A DNA stretch of 63,573 nucleotides, counting the filler, from Choristocarpus tenellus KU-1152 (taxonomy: Eukaryota; Protista; Phaeophyceae), in the NCBI GenBank assembly GCA_964200185.2. It is 10 parts of 10 records of this genome, joined end to end, with 100 filler letters (N's around TTAATTAATTAA, not from the genome) between each part and the next. Parts side by side here need not be neighbours in the genome. Positions count along the whole stretch, not along the records: positions 51,171 to 54,720 come from CAXNAD020019319.1; positions 54,821 to 60,954 come from CAXNAD020008867.1; positions 61,055 to 63,573 come from CAXNAD020027136.1; 7 more parts are not named here. One strand, written 5' to 3'. Each line of letters begins with the position of its first letter. The stretch's first letter is position 1. The position numbers and the translations under genes are program-made. Positions 53,900-63,573 of this stretch are shown in pieces. The notes below the pieces were generated by a model that worked only from the letters and a program-made list of their open reading frames with translations, was not told the DNA's origin and did not search any database.

Positions 53900-54155
53900 C
53901 GTTCAGGAGAGGTGAGCGAGAAAGAGACTTTTAAGGATAGTGGAAAGTAGGGAGCTCTGGTCTTCAAGCTCTCTTAGTTCCACTTCCCAGTCCCTTGTCG
54001 GTCCTAGTGGCCGTTCTTCGTCTTGGTTGTATTGAGAGTCCTCTCTCGATTACAGCCTCCAGTAGGAATATGAAACCCTTGAAGATTGAGTTTTGTCAAG
54101 ACATCTTACAGACGTCCAAAGGTGTAGGCAGATAGTTCTTGATTCCTTAGGGAGA

Positions 54156-54549
54156 ATGCCCACCAAGAAGAAAAGTGGGAGAGGATCTAGTGCGGCAGGG
54201 CCAGGACCTCCTCCTCGTACTGCCCTTGCACAGCCGGACCCGGGCATAGATATTGTCTTCACGAAGCCCAAGTCTCGTGGACATCGACAGAGGTAAACTC
54301 ATCGTCGGGTTCAATCGCGCGATGAAAGCGAGACCCAATGGATCACAGCGTCAAAGAATTAGGACCAGGTGTATATATAGAGAAAAAACTTGAGAGGGTT
54401 AGCTCCGGTCGTTGTATTTCTGCCCTCGCCCCAGAACCTATACTAACTCCTTCCATTCTCCCCTTACCTTCTCTAACAGGGGAGCAGGTTCAGTGGTTAC
54501 CGACCGTGGTGGTGTAGAGGCTGATGGAATTACTGTACTGTCTTGGCAG
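54156..54549 (+). CDS. 5' exons of an unidentified protein divergent from OLA1
   Basis: ATG 54156, exon 54156-54292 (AG|GTAAAC), exon 54480-54549 (CAG|GTAGGT); phase-consistent; no family recognised. Confidence 0.6.
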
Positions 54550-55496
54550 GTAGGTGAAAAGAGAGGGCCTGGCCTTGGTCTGCGGTGCAAGGCAACAGTG
54601 TAGTGATTGAGAGAGTGGTCACAACTCAGTTAAGTTGTACATTGCAAGTTGTAAGGAAGCCATTGCAAGAAGGCGCGATGTAGATCAGAAGCATAGTGCA
54701 AACTGCAAGAGAATCACCTCNNNNNNNNNNNNNNNNNNNNNNNNNNNNNNNNNNNNNNNNNNNNTTAATTAATTAANNNNNNNNNNNNNNNNNNNNNNNN
54801 NNNNNNNNNNNNNNNNNNNNCCAAAAAATCGCCACAAAAAAAAATTGATCCCAAATGGACAGTTCCCCCCCCCCCCCCCCCCCAGATAGTTTGAGCCTCT
54901 TTCAGACTTTGCATGTTAAATTGTTTTTTTTCTTGCCCTGTCCAAGCATTTGGGAGTCTTCATGGAGTACACCACTCCAGAAAAGGATGTCAGAAGTAAA
55001 GTAAAAATATGTCAGAAGGACACAGTGAGCTATGGGGCTACTCCACCACACTGCATGTTGCTACAAAGAAGTTTCAAGTTGCTAGAAAGCACCACAGAGT
55101 CACTTAAGCAAGCAAGCCGATTTGAACAGTTTCCGGGTTTGTTCAGGTCAAATAACCTCAAAATCAACTGAAGACTGAGGGACGAAAAAATCCCGTTTAG
55201 CCCAAACATCACGTCTATTTTCAGTTCAGAACTCGGCAGATGGTATTTTTCCCAAATAATGTTCTTGGCAGGAGCCAACATGTGGTGTATGACATATGTC
55301 CCTTTATGAGGCAGCAATAGCCTCAACAACTATTCTAAAATCAAAATTTGTAGTCAGTGGTTGCCATCAAAGCTCCTAATATCACAATGTTTTAATAATG
55401 CATATGTTCTCTACTGTATATACCCAAACAAAGGTTTTATATCAACTGATTGCATATAGCCTCTGAAGATCCTATGAATCAATGCATACCCACACC

Positions 55497-56745
55497 TTCA
55501 GAAACTGGAAATACAATGATACACCAATGCCCATGTCCTCAAGTTCATGTAGCTTGGTTCCAGATATAGCACTTTTCCCTCCACGATAAATCGATTTTTC
55601 CCGGTACACAAGAGCCTTTTGTTGATTATTGAGCCAATGATGGAAATGAGGATGCAGCACATGTGAGGACAACGGTGGGTTGCCATCTGGTGAGTGGATT
55701 ATTGAGAGAGATGCAATATCTGTTGCAGCTTCAACAATATCATATACTACTACATGATGAAATGGGATTGGATTTTTTTCCGACAAAAATGACCGCACTT
55801 GGCACCTGGCGTTATTAATGATGAATCCTTCTTCCCAGATCAAACATGAAACACTCACTTTCTCTTGCTTCTTGTTTGAAATAAATTTGCACGAGCAAAT
55901 CAGAGGGAACATATTCGGAGTATCATGCAAACAACTCGTAACGTAGAGTAGGAACAGTACTACCTCAAATGTGTGTGTGGACAGCATGATCAAGTTTTCA
56001 ATGAACACAAATTATATTCCACAACAGGAGGAAAAGGTAACAGGCCCTCATATCCCACGCACGTTTCTTGCACCAAATTTGCTGAGTCCGCACGGCGTCC
56101 CTCTTCGGTATGTTAGCCAAAGCTACAGTGCGCGTGTGTTGTCTTTCCGAATCACTCACCCTTTCCACAGTTGGTGGTACCCACGATGTATCTTCAAAGT
56201 CGTCCCCCAAGCCCTCATCCACAATGTCGAACATAGATGACATTGCCTTAACAATAACTGGATGTCGGTAACGTAGCAGGAAACATTGAAGAAAAATCGC
56301 GGCTTAGGAGTCGACTACCTTTGCCTGTCAGACTCAATGTCCGAGTTCTCGTAATGGAAATTCCACAACGTCAGCATCATGCATCGATGTCAGCTAGTGT
56401 TGCTTCTTTTCTTTGTTTCTACTTTTCGAGGAGAGGTATTTGGCTAGGTGGCTGTGACATATGGTTGCTTGTCATCAAGTTGTTTTTTGCTGAAGAGCTA
56501 AGTTCGAAGGTTTCACAAGCCAACAATATAGTACCACCAGGTCCGTCGTCGTCGTCATCCTTGCCGCTGTCGTCTCCGTCTTTTTCTGTTGGCCCTTTTA
56601 CATTCAGCTCAGGCGGCATTTCTAACAGCGCTCTCCCACTGTCCTCATCATCCTCGTCGCCAGAGTTATTCTCGTCGCCAGCGCCATCCTCCTCTTCCTC
56701 ATCCTTCTCTTGTGGCACGATAATGCCTTTCTTCTTGTAGCCCAT
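55497..56745 (-). CDS. 5' part of a TMC/OSCA-superfamily-like membrane channel with acidic N-terminus; partial
   Basis: ATG 56745 (MGYKKKG...D/E-rich), exon ~56160-56246, exon ~55497-55622 ending LEDMGIGVSLYFQFLK (G.G..LYF.FLK pre-TM1 motif). The junction after exon 1 is unresolved. Confidence 0.65.
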
Positions 56746-57205
56746 TTTGCGAAACAACACCGTCAAGTGGATCCTTCAAACAAAATTCTTGTTGAGAAGT
56801 GGCAGTAATACCAGAGGAGGACAAGAATTAAATTGATGTAGAGGAAATGAAGAAACGGCAATAAATCGGGCAGGGTGCAGGGCAGCGCCAATGACTTGCT
56901 CAGGTCTCGACCAACATACCATGTTTGAAGGTTTTTTTCTTCTCCATAAGTCATCAAGGTAACAGTTTTTGGAGGTATACCTCATAGCTCTCCCTAGAAA
57001 TCCTAGTTTATGTATATAGTGTTTCAATATTAATATTGCTCCCTCCATCATATAGACTTTGAACCTCTACAAGTCTAGTTTTCGTATAATTGTACATATA
57101 CGTAACATTAGTAGTAGCTGTGGAGTAGTAGTATAAGAGTAGTTGACCAGTACTAAATCAAAGGCGTGTAGTGATCTAAAAACGCACAAGGATCAATGCT
57201 ACATC

Positions 57206-59452
57206 ATGGCAAAGGTGTCCAAGCGTGAGAGGAAGTTCCTTTCGAAGAATGTCCTCCCCCATAAGCAAAAGCGACGTAGGCTGAAGGAAGGACCGAAGAA
57301 ACGAGAGAACAATGCAATAGCACCCCCCACTCAGGATCCTACAAGTAAAGATGATAAGAGTCTACTAGACGGAGTAGATGCCGTGGATTTCCTTGAGTGT
57401 ACTTGGTTGAATGAACTGTCAGCGGGTGTGATTAAGGACCAATGTGTGGGAACGTTCGATCCAGATCTTTCCGTTCTAGATCCCAGTGGAGTAGGTAAGG
57501 GTAAACGGAGGAAGTGCATGCTGTCAGTGGCCAATATTCAGACTATGGCCCAGCGAGCTGTGGATGATGCCTCAGTCGAAGACCTGATACAGTTAGTTTG
57601 GTCGCTTCACATGTCATGTGAGAACACGTGTCAAGGTCCTATGACTTTCAAGGTGACGAATGGGTCCAAGGAACATCAAACCCTCGTAAAGACATGCCTG
57701 GAAACGGGACATAGGGCATTTGCCATGCATCTTAAGTCAAGTTTCCCTGCAAGGGGTCAGGACGATGGAGAGGGGAGGGGTGTTATCGACGGATTGGACT
57801 TGTCTGACAGACTAGTTATGGAGAAAGCTGATGGGTGGTTGCATGTGGGGAGCGCGTTGCTCAGCTTCTTGTCGTCTGCATTGACCATCACGATGGCAAC
57901 CAGCGACAAGACCAACTTGCTGTATGGGCTTGGCTGTATGCGTGCACATGTTCCACTGCTCTTTCCATTCCCGATACTCGCTCGCCGATACTTGGTGGCA
58001 CTTCTGGAACTCCTGGCCTCGAACCACGACCAGGCAGTCCTATCGTTAACCTTCCTACGTTTGTACGAGCTGGCGACCTCTCAGGCAATGCCCTTCTTTC
58101 ATGATGCCTTGAAGGGAGTCTACTGGGCCTACCGAAAGGCTGCCAGGCGTCTGACGTCAACCTGGAAAACCTGTGGTAGGGGAGACGTGGGGGAGAAAGA
58201 AGAGGGGAAAGGGGAAGAGATGGAGATAGAAGGGCTGAAGAGTCTTTCACTTCTGCGAGAATGCATCGCTGAGCTGTATGGAGTGGAGAAGCCGTCATCT
58301 TACCTGGTGAGCTCTGAGCTGGGCGGTGCAAAACTCCTGGTTGTAGGGCATCTACCGTATGCATTGGTTTCCCGACAATTATCATCGTAAGCTCGACGTA
58401 ACCTTATTTTATCCAAAACTCCCTCACATATTTCGTGTTGATCTGGTTGTCTTTGTGGCTGTGCTACTTTCCTCCCAGCACGCCTATGTTTTTATCCACG
58501 ATCTGGTCAAGGCAGCAACTGATGCCATGGTTGAAATTCAACGGGTGAGAGGGAAAAGCAAGGAAGCTGGACCAGCACTGAGGCGGGCAAGGTCGTGGGA
58601 ATTTGTGCAGTGTCTACAGGTGAAGAGTGAATGACTGAAATGGGATATAGAAGAGGATGAGCACATACTGTAAAGTGAGCTGCTGATTCATTTTTCTCTT
58701 GTTTGACTTCCGGACTGATGTTAATCGCTTATTGTAACAAACCAGTGCCCTCCACTGTACAACTACCAAATGTCATTAATTTTACCATTGGCAATGCTTT
58801 GACAGCACACAGAAGGACAGCTTCCAGATTTGACGGCAAACATCATCACTCAATCGCATTGTTTGATTTTATTGTTAACTTGCTCAATCATATGTTCAAC
58901 ACTGTGAACCCCAAACAGAAGTTCCACAGTGCAGCCTCCATGGTGAGGTATGTTCATTGAGTACTGTACACCTCACAATTACTATCTGATTCAAAATCAC
59001 GATACCTACCCCCAAGCTTCATTCTACCTCACCCCCTCACTCCAAACACGGTACCTTCATAATGAGGGAGGGTCAACCCACCTATTTATTAAGGTCAGAC
59101 TCATGTATACCCCCAGAATAATTGAGGCAATATGATAGGAGTAGAGGGCTTCTATTTTTTTTCTTCTTTTTTTGTTCCTATTTGAATTACAGTCCAAATC
59201 GTTTTTGGTTTGCTTTCGTTATGATATCGATTTCTATTTTTGCTTTCAACAGGGGTCTACACAATTGGAAGTAACTGTACTGCACTGGGGGTGCACTGAC
59301 CGTAACCGTACCGTCCACTGTTACACTTTCCACAAGAGTACAAGAATACAAATACGACAACTTCCACACACTATTATTTCCAAGTCTGTTTCGATCTTTG
59401 TCTTATCCATCCCCTGGCACATCTGCACAATATCAGTGGGCATAGTACTTCC

Positions 59453-59485
<33 letters not shown>

Positions 59486-60482
59486 GTTATTTTGGATGAG
59501 ATAATTGTTCTGTAAAAGAAAAAATGTAGCTGCCTGCCACGAACTAGTAGTATTAGCTACGTTCCTCCTGCATCTATTGTAGAGTGTTTGAATCTTTGAT
59601 CCTCAACTTTTGTGCTGGTGCTAAAGCCCAGGGGTCTACTTCGTTGAAAATATCACGATAAGAATTGAACTGCAACAACCGTAAACGTACCGTGATGTCA
59701 ACTGCAGCTGATGCCCCGCTGAAAAATAAAATAAAATTACAACTGACAAAACCGCACTGAAATATTGTTTTGCATCTATTTTATTTTTTTGCAATACCGT
59801 ACCCTACTATCCAAATTAATTTTATTATTTTCCCAATAAAGTGTATCTCGCTGTGGCAAGAAAAAAAAATCCAGTATTTGTTGCAGTGTCAACAACTCTC
59901 CCGGTACGTAACGAATACACTGTGTATTATTGATGGACAAACAAGCGTCTACACTAAGTAGCCGACTACGTTCAAAGTGCAGATGTGCAGTCTCTCGGTT
60001 TTAACTTTTGAAAGAGGAGATGGCAAATATCTTATGCCATCACGCTCATCTGGTGTGTCATCCCCTTGAAAACATTACCGTTCTTTTCCATACTAGTATT
60101 TAGTTTAGGAAGTTGTCTAACTTCCTTTTGAACTCTCTTGTTGAGCCAAGCAATGCAGGGAAGTCACAAGTGAAGCGTTGCTTGTACAGACGAAACCTGG
60201 CATTGTCCTAGATAAGTAGTGTCCTAGTTAAGTAGTGTGTCCAAGTTTAGTAGTGTGTCCTGGATAAGTAGTGTGTCCAAGTTTAGTAGTGTGTCCTAGA
60301 TAAGTAGTCTAAAGTCTTAAGCAAGACATGCCTTTAGTTGAAGAATTCTGAAACCCTCCTCTGCGTTCCATGTTGATGGTTGCTCACCTTCATGCCAAAA
60401 TTCATGCCAGCTGTGGACCTCCGTTGTGTCAGCGCATCCAGGAAGGACAGCACTTGGCCCCCTCGTGACACCCCTTGCCAAG
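57206..60482 (+). CDS. NOC2: Nucleolar complex protein 2 homolog; partial
   Basis: Exons 57206-58306, 58479-58619, 60411-60482. MAKVSKRERKF..., LLFPFP.LARRYL, LKGVY.AY, ECIAELYG...SYLHAYVFI, SWEFVQCLQLWTSVVS...LGPLVTPL. Confidence 0.88.
60205..60310. repeat. Short tandem repeat (GTCCTAGATAAGTAGT(GT)n variants)
   Basis: Direct observation, intronic. A (TATG)n tract also occurs at ~59453-59480. Confidence 0.85.
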
Positions 60483-61054
60483 GTATGTTTTCCCCTTTCC
60501 CTTGGGGCAAAGAAGTTGGAAATTCTGCAGGTGGGAGGTAGAATTGTTAAGTACACTATGTACTGTAGTGTGTCTAAAGGGAGTATGCAGTGCCTTCAAT
60601 TGAGATGGTCTGAGCACACCGTAGATTTCTCGCCCTGTCAAGTACAATTCCCAACTTGATGTTATGTCCTTCAAACTTCACCCCTTTTTGTAGTGCTTTC
60701 GATCTTACATCTACCTATGTTGAGGATTTGTTTTTGTAGTCTTGAGCACCTTTTGTCATGAGGTGATGGCATCCATGCTCCCACAACCTAGTGTGGACCT
60801 GTGATCCATCCCTCCGTTCTCTTTTTGCTTTCTTACATTCTTTCAGGACTATGGGCAGTAGATGATCATTTGCTGTACAGTTTTAATGTGGGACTGGCAA
60901 GTGTGCTTCTGAAGCACCCAGCGCAGACCTTACTCATTGACATTCGACCCCCCCNNNNNNNNNNNNNNNNNNNNNNNNNNNNNNNNNNNNNNNNNNNNTT
61001 AATTAATTAANNNNNNNNNNNNNNNNNNNNNNNNNNNNNNNNNNNNNNNNNNNN

Positions 61055-61126
61055 TACATCAAAATCGCAACATTGGATTTTGACCCCCAAATGGACGCAG
61101 CTCTACCCTCTAAGATACTTTGACTC
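61055..61126. mobile_element. MITE family A right end at contig start
   Basis: ...CTACCCTCTAAGATACTTTGACTC. Confidence 0.9.
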
Positions 61127-61214
61127 ATTTCTCTCTCCTATAGGTCTGAGGAAATGGGGAACGGGAAGTATGATCTGAGGTCAAGAACGTAACACTGTGA
61201 ACAAGCTCTAGAAA

Positions 61215-61320
61215 ATGGCATTTTTTCCTATTTAGATGGGGGTAGACAAATATGGAAAGCAAATGTTGAGATCCTGCTGGTCCTGGATGATGTGTACGGC
61301 GTCGTTCATGGTTGAAAGTA
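61215..61320 (+). mobile_element. Ty1/copia gag N-terminal remnant
   Basis: QIWKANVEILLVLDDVYGVVHG resembles the copia 'W...M..LL.....W..V.G' motif. Confidence 0.5.
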
Positions 61321-62268
61321 CCCCCAGCCCCCAGTGTTCTGTGTTGGGTCTGGTACGATGGGACTAGTTACAGTAGCTCAAAGTATACCCCAGTCAGCAA
61401 GTATACTCAAAGTTGCCTGTCTTCCTCTCCTAATTCGAGAACTGCAAAACTTTCTTTTGAATATACTTGCACAGACAGAGATGTTCTAGACGTGGTCTAT
61501 TTCATGTCTCTCAAATGCCTCATAATTTCCATAATATCGGAACTCCATAATAAATAAATACTCTTGAAAATTCTTTATTTACTCCAGATTCCAGAGTGTG
61601 CCAAAGTGTAGGCCGACTCTGTCCACCATTGCTATATAAGTTAGAGTATGAAATATGACGCCTACTGTGCACCATATCTCCTGTAACGTGTTTATTCACT
61701 GGATGAATGCGTTTCTCTACTCAAATTGTCGATGAGCCGATGGTGGTGCAGTAGCAATTCAGTTTACTATGATAGAATTACATTTATTTTTTGAAGGACA
61801 ATGATTTTTTCTACTCATTGGCTGCATACCTAAGTGTGCGACTAAACCACTATAGTCTGTCCAGGCCTGTGCTACTCAAGAAAACAACATAACAGTGCAC
61901 AAATCCGCCTCAATATAATACATCTACTCACTTCAATCCCAGTATTAGACCCAGTGAAGAGAAAAAAATATGTTGTTTGCTCAAGTGGTGCACATCAGTT
62001 ACCACCAGTGCCTGTGAATGCTGTATCCTTCAAAGGTGCTCATGTGCTCAGCTATTCTTGTTTTGGCAGCACTTCACATAACCAGAACTTATGCTTTTAG
62101 TCTGCCCAGGTGTTTCTCTGTTGCAGTTTGCTGGTTTATGTTTTCCTTCTTCCTTTGGGGCTGTCTCTGCACTTCGTTGTCCTGTATGGAACCACTTGCT
62201 ATCACACAGAGGCAATTGCGGTTGTGTTTGTTTGTTCTTTCCTTTCGTGTTTCTTTTCTTACATAACA

Positions 62269-62526
62269 GAGTGAACGTAACTTAGAGGGTACGAGCTTTG
62301 CCCTGTTAGTCCATTTGGGACTTGGCTTCCCACGGGTTTTTATTGACATTTTACCGACCGCAAATGTTTTGGAGTAGGTAAAATGTATATGTTATGAAAA
62401 GGTGTGTCCGGAACAAGGATATTGACATCTCCTAACAAACGTGAAAGGCAAAATTACATCAAAATTACAACATTCGAATTTGGCCCCCAAATGGATGCGA
62501 CTCTACCCTCCAAGATCCTTTGAATC
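62269..62526. mobile_element. MITE family A copy
   Basis: Both TIRs present; perfect 4-bp TSD AACA. Confidence 0.92.
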
Positions 62527-62573
62527 AACATCCTCCGTAAAACATCGGTGGGCATGATTATTTTTACGTAGTA

Positions 62574-63426
62574 CTTCCTCCATTAGGAATTAAATGTAAC
62601 ATAACTCTTGCAGCCCCAATGATGAAGCAAGGTTTTTCTTCACATGTTCACATTTTATGGGTGTATTGCGCAGGCAGTAAAAGATTGACCCCAAATCTCA
62701 AAGCAAAATGGTGTAAGCCTACACCTATCTATGAATCTGCCCCTGAAGTTCTCCAAAACTCCATTCCAGCATGGCATTTCGATGCATTCACCGGGGCATT
62801 CAGGTGGAGCTTGCCCACCTTCTCAACCTTTTCCTTGTTAAGATGGGGAATTTTGAAAGCATATCACCCTTGGACCCCAGCACTTCACTGCAGACTGCAA
62901 AGAGGTTCTGCCGGACACGTTCTAGAGTCTCCTGGGGTACACATTGAGCTCCTCCTTTGTGGCTCCACCAACTCCTCCGTGTTGGTCACCCCCAAGTCTT
63001 CCTCCAGTTGCTGGATGGAATGAAAGAATCCCTAGTCGTTGAAATTGAGGTTAGGTGAGTTAGCTGGCTGGTTTTCTATGACAATTTCGTCTGCCACCGC
63101 CTCCTCGATTGCCTCCATGATCCCCCCCTTCATGTTTGGCTTTGCCTTTTCCTGTTGCACAAAGATGGTGAGTCCTTCCAGCCTAGGCATGTGGGCCTTG
63201 ACTGCCGGGATGGCATCCTCGATTATGAGCTTCCTTTACCTCTGCCTGTCCAGCATGGCTGGCACAAGCATCTTGGTGTCCTTGGGGTGGTGTTTGCTGG
63301 AGTGCCTAGCGACCTTAGTGTCCATGATTACCCATTCCTGCTTTCCCCATCAAATCACACTATGTTGGAGAGCTTCCTAGGGTGGGCCACAGCTGCAAGG
63401 AACATCACCTTCGTAATGTAACACTT
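62574..63426 (-). mobile_element. Second DD39D-like mariner relic with eroded TIR
   Basis: LIIEDAIPAVKAHMP...IFVQQEKAKP...NQPANSPNLNFND*GFFHSIQQL; TA-CTTCCTCC TIR-like end at 62572-62582; interrupted by MITE A. Confidence 0.85.
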
Positions 63427-63573
63427 GAGTGAAAGTATCTTGGAGGGTACAGATTTTGCCCTGTTTGTCCATTTGGGGCTTGGCTTCCCATGTTTTTATT
63501 AATGAATTTTTCCTACTCCACAATGTTTAGGAGTAGGTAAAATGTGTATGTTATGAAAAGGTGTGTCCGGGAC
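63427..63573. mobile_element. MITE family A copy cut by window end
   Basis: GAGTGAAAGTATCTTGGAGGGTAC... Confidence 0.9.

Noticed and set aside
60847-60954. Next NOC2 exon
   Set aside because: The phase-0 join gives an immediate stop and the peptide does not resemble the expected NOC2 continuation.

Overview
Eukaryotic draft-genome sequence, most likely a stramenopile alga (probably a brown alga; this is inference from many short exons with long introns, TTAGGG repeats and the gene set). The window is 10 unrelated contigs joined by artificial 100-bp N44-TTAATTAATTAA-N44 linkers. Host genes: a complete 17-exon PLAT-less lipoxygenase (630 aa, minus strand) and partial WDFY3/SPIRRIG-type BEACH, OLA1/YchF, NOC2 and TMC-like genes. 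Mobile DNA is abundant: Ty3/gypsy, copia and CRE-like retroelement relics, two DD39D mariner relics plus a Stowaway-like MITE, and a decayed Sola2-type transposase together with two high-copy MITE families with GAG..CTC-type ends. The most unusual signal is a repeated cassette, seen on two contigs, in which a ~78-bp satellite array and ~233-bp repeats precede a spliced gene whose first large exon carries ParB/Srx-like motifs (YNAN..., GILSGQP, CLNGQQR). A third, much more divergent ParB-like relic lies on another contig. All motif assignments are by eye, not from database searches.
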